Source: Neocallimastix sp. 'constans' (lineage: Eukaryota). From it: a stretch of 64,000 nucleotides of DNA. The DNA is taken from positions 62,001 to 126,000 of the forward strand of contig JBODTK010000111.1 of the NCBI GenBank assembly GCA_050613775.1, in the 5' to 3' direction. Below are positions 26,572-41,559 of this stretch, one piece after another. A model generated the notes under the pieces. The model saw only the letters and a list, made by a program, of their open reading frames with translations, ran no database searches and was not told the DNA's origin. Within the stretch, counting starts at the first letter, position 1. Every line of letters starts with the position of its first letter. Both the position numbers and the translations under genes were made by a program.

Positions 26572-26745
26572 TAAGATTGTGGCTGCAAGACACAATTGTA
26601 AGATTATCGTACAATGACAAGCAGTAATAATACTTGGGTATAGAGCGCCAATGCAGAGAAACTGTAAGTAGGAAGTTAGCTCCAGTAATAAACTATTGTG
26701 TGTCTAAGGATGTGCAGCTGGGGAGAAATCCTGCTACGGTCGTTA
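26572..26745 (+). ncRNA. Candidate structured non-coding RNA or SINE-like element, identity unknown
   Basis: GC-enriched island. The closing helix GATTGTGGC (26575-26583) / GCTACGGTC (26733-26741) uses G-U pairs. Inner pairings are TGCA/TGCA and AGACACAAT/ATTGTG(TG)TCT. Hairpins are TGCAG-AGAAA-CTGTA and GGGA-GAAA-TCCT. An A-run follows. Confidence 0.45.
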
Positions 26746-27941
26746 AAAAAAAAATTGATATATATATTTATATTTATTTCTTTGATTATTTATTTCAATT
26801 ATTATATAATTATTCATATTTATATCTATATTTATATTTATATTTATGTTTATATTTATATTTATATTTATATTTATATTTATTTTTATATTTATATTTA
26901 TGTTTGAATGTATAAATATTAATACTTGTTGAGGTCATGTGATTTATGAGCCACTATTGTATGTCAAAAATAAAAAAGAAAAATTTTTTTCGTTTATCCA
27001 CTTATTGGTGAAGCCAATGTATTTATGATACTTTTTAAAGTTTTAAAAAGAAATTAATATATTATAAACTAATTTAATATATATTTCAATTAATATAATT
27101 AAATTATGCAAATAATTTATTTATTTATATATTTATTTATTAATTTACTATGAATTCTTTTTTTTTTATTATCTAATTCTTAATCAATAGAGTATTATAT
27201 GCTATTTAGGATTATGTTTAAAATATTTTTATTTTATATAATTTAATATTACCTAATATAGTAAAAAGCATTTTTATTCTTTTTTGATGATGATTAATAT
27301 TAATATATTATTAATATAAATTAAATATAAAATTGAATAGAATTAAATGTTTTCTTAATTTTTTTTTTAAAAGTAAATTATATGGATATGACAAAGTTTA
27401 ATGGTGAATTTATTTGTTTGTGTAACTTTAAAAAATCAATTGATATATAATATATTAATAATATATAAAAATAATATATTAATAAATTAAAAAAATTAAT
27501 TTAGAAAGTTTTTTAATAATATAGTAAAAATTTGTTTAATTTTTTTTTCTTTATTTAAATTCAAGTTTCTAATTTATTTTGTATTATTTTAATATATAAA
27601 AATAAACAATATATATAATAATATATTATCAATATAAATAAATCATGTAAATAAATATAAATGTATTGAAAAAAATAGTTTATTTGAGTAAAATTAATAT
27701 ATTATTCAAATTAATTATAAAATTTTATATCCAATAGTATTGAAGTAATTTTAAAGTAATTTAATGAATGTTTAAATAAATTACTATAATATTAATGAAT
27801 AAAATAATATTAATTTAAATAAATTATAATTTAATTGAGTGAATATATTAATAATAATTAAATAAATTAGTATCTAATTGAAGGAATAAAATAATATATA
27901 TTTAAATAAATTACTATTCAATTGAATGAGTAAATTATTAA

Positions 27942-27992
<51 letters not shown>

Positions 27993-30519
27993 AATTGAGG
28001 TTTAATTATTGAAATAGAATGTTATTTTGAAAAGCCAAATTTGTATTAATTATATATATATATTATAATAAAAAAAAAGCCTATAATAAGAAAGAGTAAC
28101 AAATAAAATGTAATTTATTAGTTAAGCTAAAGTGTTTTTAATTAAATACAAATTAAGGATAAGAATTTTCACTTTTTCCTATTAAATCTAGTAATATTAT
28201 ATATATATATGCTTCCTGTTGGGCAAATAATATAAAAATAGAATGAATAAAAATGAAAATAATAATAATAATAAAATAAAAAAGAATAATAAAAATAAAA
28301 AATTAGATTACTCATTTAATTTTTTTTTCTAAAAAATTATATAAAAATATGTAATAAAAAAATAAAATAAAAATAATAAGTTTTATAACTTTCTTCCTAT
28401 TAATTGCTGTTGTAAACTTTTTTTCTTTTGGCGTTATATAAATATACAAAATAAATTAATAAATGATACATAATAAATAGATAAATAGATAAATAGATAA
28501 ATTGGTAAATAGATAATAAGCTTTTATAATATTTACTATTAATAATATTTTAGAACAGAATTATTATATGTTTTTTAAGTTTATTAATATTTACCAATAG
28601 AAAATTAAAAATATAAAATATTCTGAATTTTGCTATTCCAAAAGGGCCTTTTCTAATAATTAATATAAAGCGAAATAAAATATTATAATATTAAATATAA
28701 AATATTAATTATGAAATATAAATAAATATTAAAAATATAAATGTAAATATAAATATAAAAATTTTAATATTGGTAATCAAATATAAATAATGAAAATTTT
28801 ATTAATTAATTTTAATAATTAATGTTTTATTTATTTATTTATATTATTAATTTTTTTTTCTTTTATTTTTATTTTATTATAGTTCATTTTATTGTTTGTT
28901 AATAATTTATAGTATTTCGTAATTTCTTTTTTATTTTAATTAATAATAATGAAAATAATTTACTTAGAAATACTATATTAATATATTACAATATATTACA
29001 ATATATTAAAATTGATTTTTAATTGATATATATATATATTTTAATGTTGATTTATTTATTTATTTTAATATATTGTCAGGTCAAATATAGAAAGTAAAAC
29101 TAAAAAAAAAAAAATTTATTATTATTTTTAGTCAAAGAAATTTAAATCTAATTATAAAAAAATAAAAATTAAAAAAAAAAGGAGGAATTAAAACTAAAAG
29201 AAAGAGAAAAAGAAAGAATTACCTTTTATTTTTTTTCTTTCTTTTAATCCTTTTTTTTTTTTTCAGCATTTATTGGCTTAAAAAGTATTTTAATAATAAT
29301 GAAAATAATAATTAAATATAAGATTAATGACTATGACAATAAATTCAACAATAATCAGTAATGAAATAATAAATTTTTGTATAATTAAAGACAATTATTT
29401 AAAAATATAAAATATTAAAAAAAAAAGAGTATATAATTATATATCTAATCTATATTTCATTATTATTTTTATTATTTTAAGAAAAAAAGAAAGTTTTGAT
29501 AATAATAATAATAAAAAAAAATCAAAATAATAAAAACGACATTTTTTTTTTTTTTAATAACAAAAAAAAAAAAAAAAAAAAAAGAAATATTAATATCAAA
29601 ATAAATTAAATTATTTTTTTTTTTAAATAAAAGATATTATATATATTTCTACTATGAAAAACAATTAGACATAACTATACTATTCTAAAATTTCTTATTA
29701 TATAATAATATATATAAATTAAGCTAATAAATAACAATAAAAATAAAAAATAAAAAAGAAAACATATAAATAAATAATCAAATAAAACCAATAAAACAAA
29801 AAAATAAAGTTAAAATATAAAATAATAATAAACATTAATAGAAAATAAAACAAAATAATATAATAAAAGAAAAAGAATTATTGTAAAATAAAATAGTTCT
29901 ATATTCAATTATTATTATATTAACAAATAATAATAAAAATAATAATTAATAAAATTAGAATAAAATAATTTAAGAAATTTAATATATTTACTTAAAATAT
30001 ATCATATTATTTTATTTAGATATTAAAAAAGAATAACAATAAAAGAAAAAATAAAAAAGAACACTTTTTAAACTATCAAGATAAAAAAAAAGTTTAAAAT
30101 TTAGGTAATAATTGGATTCTTTTATATATATATGTAAAAATTTAAATCATACTAATATTTTATCAGTTTATCCTTATTTTTGTCTTATCAATTATAGAAA
30201 TATTAATTCTTATTTTTATTCTTTATTTTTTTTATCAATATATGTTTCATATTAAAGAAGACAAAAAGACATATTTAATATTATTCAAAATATAATAAAT
30301 CAAAAATTTTATTAAATAGGACTTTTATTATTACACAAAAAAAAAAAAAATTTTAATCACTATCTATTTTTTTTTAATTTATAGTTTAAAATTAATAATT
30401 TAATAACTTATACCTTTTAAATTTTTTTATTAAAAAAAAAAAAAAAAAAACAAGAATAAACTTATAAATATATATAATAGTTAAAAATATAAGAATCAAA
30501 ATATAGAAATTTAATAAAA

Positions 30520-33500
30520 ATGGCAGGATTTTTAGGACGAAATAGTAAAATAAGAGGTAAAGTTTTTAAAATAAAATGGTTTTTTTTTTTATAAACTTCA
30601 GAATAAAAAAAGAATAATATTAAAATTTAAAGAATTTTAAAACTATCAGTATTAATATAAAAATTAGCTTTATCGTTTTTTTTTTCTTTAAATATAATAA
30701 AATTTTTAAATATATAAATTTAATTAGCAAAGAATTAATTTATTTTTCAATTTTATATGTATTTATAAATTTGAAATAATTAAAAAAACATTATTTTTAT
30801 TTATTTATTTTTTTTTTATAAAATAAATAGATGATAAAAATGATGCCGAAATTGCCTCAAAGCCAACATCTCCAAATATAAATCAATCAAGAGCATTTTC
30901 ATTATCCAATTCACCATTATTAAAGCCTGTAGAACTTTTAACGGACTCAATACATCATTTTTCTTTATCAAGAAATAAAAAGAAGAGAAGAAATTCATTA
31001 AAATCCACGAATACTGAATCCATTTCAGAAGTTGTTTCATATAAATCAAAAACTCCATCCATTGGTCAAGTAAGTGAATACGATACTCTTCCAAGTGTAA
31101 ATTCAACTTATAACGATAATGGTAGATATTCTAAAATTGGTGCACAATCACCCTATCTGTCTCCTTATATGAATAATATAAAAATGGACTCTCCTGTATC
31201 ACCAGCATCCTTATCTCCAGTGATACCTTCATCTCCTGTAAATAATGCAATGGCTTCATTTATTGGTGTTAATTCAAATAATAAAGATGAAGCAGATGAC
31301 AATGAAAAAGTAATTTGATTAACAAAAAATAAATTATAAATTAATCTTTTTTTTTTTTCTTTTTTTTCTGAAGTATATATTTTTAGTTAATGAAATAAAA
31401 CTTATAATAGAAAAAGCTTAAATTAAAAAGGAATTAAAAAAAAAATTGAATAAATCAAAATTCGAATAAATATTCAATCGATTAAAATTAAAAAATAATT
31501 AAAAAAAATTGAATAAATCAAAATTCGAATAAATATTCAATAGATTAAAAAAAAAAAAAAGAAATAGAATTAAACGGACAAAATGAAATAAAACTAGTAA
31601 TAGAAAAAGCTTAAATTAAAAAAGAATTAAAAGAAATTGAATAAATCAAAATTCAAATAAATATTCAATAGATTAAAAAAAAAGGAATAGAATTAAACGG
31701 ACAAACATATTATCATAGAATAAAATTAAGCAAACAAATAGATAAAAATATATTCTCATTAATACAATAAATCAAATAAATATAAATACATATTAATTAT
31801 AAAAATAATAATAAATAAATAAATAGGAATAGTTTTATTAATTTAATTATTATTATTATATTATTAATATATGGATATTTATATATATTATTTTTATTTT
31901 ATTTATATATTTTTTTTTCTTCATATAATATTAGACTATATCTTATAATTATAGACAATCGATATCAAATTATTTGGAAAATTGTAAACAAACTTTATTT
32001 GAAAAAACAGATTTTAATTCATCTGATGGTATATATAAATGGGAAGAAGATGCAGAAAATAGATCAATAGAATATGTATTATCCCTTTTTTTAAATTATC
32101 GTTTTTCATTAGAATGGGAAAATGAAAAAAGAAAAATTCAAAAGGCTAAAGAAAACAAACAAAGTTTAATAAATGATGGTACTTCCATAAAAGTAAATTT
32201 TAAGATTATGGAAGCAAAGGATCTAGTTTGTAAGGAAAAGTCTCTAAGAAGTACTTTTTGTGAATTAATTTATGATAATGATACCTATCAAACTCAAGTC
32301 GTTCAAAATACAAATACACCACTTTTCAATCAACATATAGCTCTTGAAATTAAAGATATTTCAAAAAATGTTATCATTAATGTCTATGATGCTAAAAAGA
32401 GTTCTAAATCTTTCTGGAAAAGTAGTAGTACTCATCAACCTGGAGGTAATGATTCTACTTTCTTAGGAACCGTAAATGTTAACCTTGGTTTAATTATTTC
32501 TAATATAGTTAGCGTTGGTTATTTCAGTAAATGGTATGATTTAGTTCCAAGTAATGATAAGAAGAAGAAATGGGTTGGTGGTAAGATAAAAATAGAAATT
32601 GATATGATTGAAGAAGAAAAATTAGAAGATAAAGAAATTGAAGTACCGGAAATTCAAGGACTAGCCTATGAATATGATCAAATTCAACTGAATATTTTAA
32701 AGAGTAAGATGTCCCTTAAACGTCTTTATTTCTATCTATTAAGAGCTTGTTATACTTATGAAAAAGATTATCTGGAAAAAATGGTTCTCAAAAGTAGTAG
32801 TACAAAATATCAAGATGAAAAGGAACAGGATGAAGATACCCATGCCCTATCCTCTGTCTTCCTTTCTCAAGATGGAGAAACCGTATTGAATGTTTTCCAA
32901 AGACTTTGGGTTATTGGTGATGCGGAATCCACCTTACTAAGATTAGAAGTCATCTATAATCTGTATCGCGATAATAAGGTTACTATATCTAATTTATTAA
33001 CAATGTATGATATCATTTATAATAGTTTGAAGGAACCACAATGGCTTCCAACCTATGAACGTCCTCATTTTATTGATCTTTTAGATGATATGCATAACTA
33101 TCAAAAAACTCAAGTTTGTTATTATCGAGACTTTTTCCATAATAATGAACCAAGAGGTGCTCTTCAAATTGCTATTCTTTTATGGCGTATGATTAGTAAG
33201 AATAAAATTTATAGAGAGTCCAAGAGAAATTTACCTGATACTTTTAGACAAGAAATTCGTTCAGAATTAAAAACTTGTGCCGCCAAAAGATATGATTTAT
33301 TAAAATCAAAGAGTACACCATTCCAAGAATCTGCAGAATGTGAATTAACTAGTGTAATTAATTTAATTAATCTTATCGTTAATGATTTAGAAGATAATGA
33401 AAAATATTATAAGAAGGCCTTTTCAAGAGAAGCTAATATTACAAAATTAACAGCTAAAGTTTATATTGAAAAATTTTTAACTGAATTTATCAATATTAAA

Positions 33501-34010
33501 AAATATCTTCAAGGTAAATAAATAATTTAAAATAAAAAATATTTTTTTTTTAAAAAAAATCAAGAAATGAATTATATACATAATAATTATAAAATAATAA
33601 TAATAATAATAATAATATTACATTGTTTTATATATAAAACAAAATATGATATAAAAAATTAAAAAATATATATATATTTATTTATTCATTTATATTAATT
33701 ATTAATAATTATATATATTATTATTATTATTATTTTTTTTATTTATAATTATATATATTATTATTTATATCTATAATTATTTATATATTATTATTTTTTA
33801 TTTATTTATTCATTTATATTATTTATTAATCATTTTTTATATATTTAAATTTTTTTTTTTTTTTTTTTTTTATTTTAATATTTTATATTTTATATTTTAT
33901 ATTTTATATTTTATATTTTATATTATATATATATATATATATTTTTTTTTTAATATTTATATTTTATATTTTATATTTCATATTTTTTTAATATTTATAT
34001 TTTATATTTC

Positions 34011-34049
<39 letters not shown>

Positions 34050-34088
34050 TTTTAATATTTATATTTCATATTTCATATTTCATATTTC

Positions 34089-34125
<37 letters not shown>

Positions 34126-36406
34126 TTATATTTTATATTTCATATTATATATATATATATTTTAATATTTATATTTTATATTTCATGTTTCATATTATAT
34201 ATTTTATATTATAAATTATACATTATATATTTTATATTTTTTTTTTATTATTTTTATAGCCCCAGAAGCTTTACAATATAGTGATGTTGCATTTAATCTT
34301 TTCAATGAACTACTTTATTTAGAAGATTATTATAAAAAAACGGTACCCTCTTTAAAAAATATATTTATTAATAGATCAAGTGAAACGATTGGAAATGAAT
34401 CCATTATTGAAGCTTATTTTTATCCATTTATTCAAAAATGGCTTCATGATTTAGATAAACAAACCTCAGAATGGGTTGAAAAATCAATTGCTGAAGATGA
34501 TTATCAAAATAATACCATTTATAATATCCAACATTCTTCATCAATTGTTAAACTTTTTGATATGATTTATAATGAACTTAACTTTATTAAGGATTTAAGA
34601 TGGAATAATCTTTACCAATATCAAAGTTTCTTATTAACTTTTTCAAAAACCATCAATAAAACTATTGATCAATATTGTGAATTAATTAAGGAAGGTGAAA
34701 TTAAATCTTCACCAAAAGAAAAATCTGATAATCAAGTTTATATTGTTTCTAATGATACTTGTACTAAACTTTGTAATATTGAAGTTGCTCAATTAAAATT
34801 AGCTGATATTTACAGAGAAATTAATGAGTTAATTAAAGAAAATTATATTACTGATGAAGAATCTATGGATGATATTAATAATTCTGTTGTTTCTGGTATT
34901 TTCCTGTTACAAATTTTTAGTGGTGAAAATCTAACACCATGTAATAATGATGGTTTCAGTAATCCATATGTTGTTATTCGTATACCAGGTAGTCCTGATA
35001 ATATGGATAATAAAGGTAGAAATAATGAAAAAGATGATTATGGAAAAGAAAAACTATCTACAGAAAATAATGATAATGTAGCTATAGGTAGTGTTGACTT
35101 TAACAGAGGTCGTTTAGTTGCCAAATCTAGTGTTGTTCATGATACCTTAAATCCAATTTGGGATGAAACTTTCCAAGTTAGTATATGTCCAACTACCTCT
35201 CTTGATATTAAAGTTTATAATAAGAATTCAAACTTTTTAATTGAAAATGAAGTTTGTGGTACTGGTACTATTAAACTCTCATCCATTTATAATAATCATC
35301 AAACTCATGATATATGGGTAGAATTAGAACCTCAAGGACGTGTTTTAGTACGTTTAACGAAAATGGGTAATTCTGAAAATTTAGAATTCCATTTGAAACA
35401 AGCTACACATCATTTAAAACGTTGTAGAGATGATTTTGTTCGTGCTATCGTTAATCGTATGGTACCATATATGAGAATTGTTCTCTATAAAATGATTAAA
35501 GATCAAGAAGCTGTACAATCAGTAAGTAGTTCCATAAGTAAAAACTTTTTCAGTTTGACTCGACAATATTCTATTGGTAGAAATGGTAGAAATGGTAATA
35601 ATAATAATAATACTAATAACAATAACTACAATCAAAATAATGATAATGATGATACCAATAAACAGAATTCAAGAGATTCATCTGAAGATTTATATAAACC
35701 TTTCTATTCAGAAGCTGAATTAAAACAGATGGTAACAGCTACAGGTCAAAATGTATTAGATCCAATATCAATGTTAGAATGTGAGACTTCACTTGCACCT
35801 CTAACAAGATATTTAAATAAAAATCTTCAAACCTTATGTCTTGGACTTTCACCAAAAATGGCAAAAATTGTTATCACTAAGATTTGGTGTGAAGTTTTAA
35901 TTATTATTGAAAATATTATGATACCACAACTCTTTGGACCAATAGAAAAAGATAGAAAGATGTTAAATCCAAGACAATTAGCTGTCATTGATAATGCTTT
36001 TAAGGTATTTAATCTAATTTTTTTTAAAAAAAATTAGTTTTTATATAAATTATATATATATTTGAAACACATAATAATTTTGTTTTATTTTATTTTTTTT
36101 TTATTTTTTTTTTAAAATATATATAAATATATATAGATCTTATATTCATTCTTCCATGCTGATGGACAAGGTATGGGTCTTTCTACTGATTTATTAGAAC
36201 ATGGATCAAAATATAAGAGTATTATTCATTTATTAACCATTTATTCAGAACCACCAATTAATATACAAAAAGAATTTGAAACATTCCCAGATAGGGAATA
36301 CTTACTAAAGATTATTCGTTTACATGCTCATTTATCGACAAATCCAACAATTAAATTAAAATTAACTCAATGGCTTGATAAATCTATTCGTTCACAGAGA
36401 ATTTAG
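30520..36406 (+). CDS. C2- and Munc13-homology (MHD1/MHD2) domain protein, Munc13/Git1/YOR296W-like, 5 exons
   Basis: Exons 30520-30556, 30831-31309, 31935-33513, 34260-36004 and 36137-36406 join in frame. First C2: KIMEAKDL...YQTQVVQNTNTPLFNQ...FLGTV...SKWYDL. MHD1-like: FYPFIQKWL...EWVEKSIAED...HSSSIVKLF. Second C2: SGENLTPC..DGFSNPYVVI...TLNPIWDETF. MHD2: LAPLTRYLNKNLQTLC...KIWCEVL...FFHADGQG. Confidence 0.88.
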
Positions 36407-37295
36407 AAAAAGAAGAAGAAAACAAAACAAAACAAAATAAAAAAAAAACAAAAAAAGAAAAATTAACAAATAATAATCCTATCATCATAAATATTATTTT
36501 CTTTTCTTCATATTATTTTAATTTATTATTATTTTTATATATATATATAAATTTTATTCATGCTTTTTTTTTTTATTTTTTTATTTTTTTATTTTTTATT
36601 TTTTAATTTTTAAAGTATATTATTATTATTATTATTATTTTCTTTATTATAATATATCTTTTTATTATATATATATTATTTCTATATATATATAAAAGAC
36701 CTCTTTTTAAATACATATAATAATAGTAATAATAAATATTTTTATTAATAACATTTATATATAATTAATTATTTATTTATTATTTAAAAATAGTAATATA
36801 CTGAAATAAAAGGAAAAAATCATATTATTGTTATTATTAATAAATAGTTTAGTCAAGATTATCATCATAATTATATTTAGTAATAATTATTAGTAAAAAA
36901 AAATAATAATTATAATATGTTTATTAAAATTTAATAATAAAATTAAAAATAATAATTATAATAAAATAATAAAAATAAAATTAAAAAAAAATAAAAGATA
37001 AAGAATAAAAAAATAAAATAAAATTATAAAATTAAAAAAAAAAAAAAATAAAGAGTCATATTTTGAAAAATTGGAAATTCTAGTCATTCAAATAAGTATA
37101 TATATATATATATCTTAAAAGATTATTCATGAATAAATTTTTTAGCGTTATTTTATTTTTATTTTTATTATTTTTATTTAACTTTAATTAATGATTATAA
37201 TTAAATTAAAATTATTAATATATAAAAAAAAAAAAAAAAAAAAAAAGAAGGAAATAATTAATAATATAACTAAATGTTACCAGTTTACCAGTTAA

Positions 37296-37479
<184 letters not shown>

Positions 37480-37875
37480 TAAATCTAATAATTAAATAAC
37501 TAATAAAAAAAAAGTTTAAAAGTTGACTTAATTATTATATTTATAATTATTAAATGAAATGAGATAAAATAAAAAATAATATAAAAATAAAATAAAAATA
37601 ATATAAAAATAAAATAAAAATAATATAAAAATAAAATAAAAAATATTAAAAAAAAAAAAAAAAAATTAAAAAAAAAAAGAAATCATTATAAAAATAAAAA
37701 TAAGATAGTTTAAAATTTTTTTTTTAAAAAGTGTTAATTATAAAAAATTTAAATTAAAAATAATTAAAAAAAAAAAAAAAAAAAAAAAAAACCCTATATA
37801 TAATATATAAATATTAATAATTATAGTAATTAAAATATATATATATATATATACAAATTAAAAAATATTAATAAT

Positions 37876-37917
<42 letters not shown>

Positions 37918-38740
37918 GAAAAAAAATTAAAAAATATAAATATTAATAATTATAATAAAAAAATAAACAAATAAATAAATAAATAATAAAAATAATAAAG
38001 AAAAACTTTATCTTACTGTTATTTTTTTTTATTATTTATTTTTATTTTCATTATTTTTTTTTTTATATTATTTATTTTTATTTTTATTTTTTATTTTAAT
38101 TTATTTGTTTATTTATTTCAGGTTTTTTTTATGGAAATTATATGATTATTATCATCATCATCATCATTTTTATTATTATAAAATTATTATTTCAATATTA
38201 TTTTAATTATAATTCATAAACTTTTTTTTTTATTTATTTCATTATTTGATATAGTATTTTTTTTTTTTTTTTTTCATACATTATAAAATTTTTTATTAAT
38301 ATTATATATTTTTTATTTATTTTATAAATAAAATAAAATAAAAAAAAAGTATTATACATAAAATATTTTCTTTATATCTTTATATCTTTATATCTTTTAT
38401 ATTATTTATATCTTTGTATTTTTTTTTTCCTAATCTTTATTATATAATATATATAATATTTCTGTTAATATGTATTACATATTTATATAAAATTTATTTA
38501 GTTTAGTTATACAGTTTTATAATAATTTAATGTTTTTAATTTTTATTTTGTAATTTTATTTTATTATTTGTTTATTTTTTTTTTAAAATTTTTAAAAAGG
38601 TTATAAAATTTGAATAAAAAATTAAAAAAAAAAAAAATAATAAAAAATTTATATACTTATATATTTATATTTAAATATTTTATATTCATTTATTTCATAT
38701 CTTTAGATGTATAAAGATGTATAATACTTAAAATATTAAA

Positions 38741-39265
38741 ATTATAAATTTATAAAATAATTATTAATTAGATAAATTTAGAAAAAAAAAATAAAAAATA
38801 GTAAATAAAAAATAATAAATAAAAAAATATTATTATTTATACTATTAATTATTATTTTATTTTATTTTATTATTTTATTTTATTATTTAATTTTATTTTA
38901 TTATTTTAATTATAAAATTATAAATTTATAAAATAATTATTAATTAGATAAATTTAGAAAAAAAAAAATAAAAAATAGTAAATAAAAAATAATAAATAAA
39001 AAAATATTATTATTTATACTATTAATTATTATTTTATTTTATTTTATTATTTTATTTTATTATTTAATTTTATTTTATTATTTTAATTATAAAATTATAA
39101 ATTTATAAAATAATTATTAATTAGATAAATTTAGAAAAAAAAAATAAAAAATAGTAAATAAAAAATAATAAATAAAAAAATATTATTATTTATACTATTA
39201 ATTATTATTTTATTTTATTTTATTATTTTATTTTATTATTTAATTTTATTTTATTATTTTAATTA
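38741..39265. repeat. Tandem triplication of a ~177-bp AT-rich unit
   Basis: The unit beginning ATTATAAATTTATAAAATAATTATTAATTAGATAAATTTAG recurs at 38741, 38917 and 39094, differing only in the length of one A-run. Confidence 0.9.
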
Positions 39266-39519
39266 TTTTTTAATTATTTTTTTATTTAGTTTTAATAGAA
39301 TTTTAATGAATTTTTTTTTTTTTTTTAATTTTATTTTTATTCATTCTTTTATTTTATTTTATTTTATTTTACTTTTATATTTTTACAATTTTTTGTCATT
39401 TATAATCTTTTATTTTGTTATTTTATTATTTATTTAATTTAATCTATTTTATTCATATTATTCATATTATTATTCATATTATTCATATTATTATTATTAT
39501 TTTTTTTTTTCAGTTTCTT

Positions 39520-39580
<61 letters not shown>

Positions 39581-39798
39581 TATTTTGTAAAGTATTTTTT
39601 TTTTATTTTTTTATTTTTTTATTTTTTATTTTTTTATTTTTTTTATTTTTTTATTTTTTTTTATTTTTATTTTTTTTTTATTTTTATTTTTTTTTATTTT
39701 TTACTTCTATATAAAAGTAGAATATATATATATATAGAGTGAGAAATAAATAAATTTATAGAAATATTAATTTTAAAAAACGAAATTATATTAATATA

Positions 39799-39829
<31 letters not shown>

Positions 39830-40269
39830 CTTTTATATATATACTTTTTATCAATAAAAATAAATAAATAAACAATAATAATAATAAAAAAAAAAAAAAA
39901 AAAAAAAAAAGAAAATAAAAATAAAAATAAAAATTTCATTTCATTTTATTTTATATTTATTATATATAGTAGTTTCTATATATTTTATATTTTATAGCTA
40001 TGTATATTTTATGTATATTTTTTTATAAAAAATAAAAAAAAAAAAATGAAAAAGTATATATATTGTTTATATATATAAGTATTATAGTATTAATATAGTT
40101 AAATAATAATTATAAATATATATATTTTTATTAATTATATATATATTTATTATATTACTATTATTAGAGTGTATAATTTAATATATATATATTTTTTCTA
40201 TAATTTAATTTTATTTATTTATTTATTATTATTATATATATATTTTTTATTATTTATAATTCTTTCCCC

Positions 40270-40515
40270 CTAATGTTTAGAAGATTTCTTTCCTTTCATA
40301 AATGAATTGGTTAATCCTTTGGAACGTCCTAAAATATAAATATTTAATAATAAATTATGATATATGATATGATATGATATATAAATATATTATTCATATA
40401 TTATTTATATATTTATATATTAATTTTTTTTTATTATGAAAATATATAATAATAAAAAAAAGAGCATAATTTTTATATCTATATTTTATTTTTATTTTTA
40501 TTTTTTTCATTTTTT

Positions 40516-40560
<45 letters not shown>

Positions 40561-40633
40561 TTTTGGTCCCATTTGCTTTTGTTTTGCATGTTGAACTAAA
40601 CAGGCAATCATCTTATCATTCATTTCAGCATCT

Positions 40634-40678
<45 letters not shown>

Positions 40679-40809
40679 TTTAATTTATATAAAATAAATT
40701 AATAAATTTGAAATTTATTAAAAAGTGAATTAAATATATATATATATATATATTAAACTAATTTAATGATTTTGCTTTTGATTATTTATATTTATGTTAT
40801 TTTATTTTA

Positions 40810-40858
<49 letters not shown>

Positions 40859-41185
40859 TTATTTAATTTGTATGATTTACCCATCTTAAGTTGTTCTTTC
40901 TGATCTAAAACATAATTCAAATATTCATTTGAGTTTTGAGTTGCTTCGATAACCGACTTAATTAATTCTTGAAGTTCTTTCTTTGTCTTTGTTTTTAGTG
41001 ATTCTATTTATTGATGATACAGAGGTAAATAATGGTAAAAAAAATAAAAAAAAAAAATTAAGATTATATTATTAATATTTATTATAGATAATATAGATTA
41101 TTTTTAAATATATATATAATAGATATATATGTTTTTAATTTTTCTTTGTTTATTTTATTTTATTTTATTTATCTATCTATTTATC

Positions 41186-41220
<35 letters not shown>

Positions 41221-41496
41221 ATTACCTGGATCAATACTAGCTAATTTTTTGGCTTTTTCATACTTTTCATTCATATCATCTATATCAACTTCATGTTCCT
41301 TTTCATTAGTCTTTTTATTACCACCTTGACTATTCTTTTTCAATTTTAAGAAATTTAATCTTGAAGATTTAGGTGACTTAATCTTTGAATTGGAATGAGA
41401 ATCAAAATTATCATTCTTAAACTAATCGTATACATATATATAATAATAATAGTAATAAATAAATAAACAAATATGTATGTATATATATATAAATAA

Positions 41497-41559
<63 letters not shown>

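Noticed and set aside
26700..26745. Similarity to the U3 snoRNA 5' end (minus strand) or group II intron domain V (plus strand)
   Set aside because: U3 boxes B, C and D are missing. The hairpin is too short for domain V and no other intron domains are present.
39415..39939. Poly-Phe/Ile ORFs in intergenic DNA (also 11205, 26698, 47837, 58296)
   Set aside because: They are translations of homopolymers and microsatellites with no coding signal.
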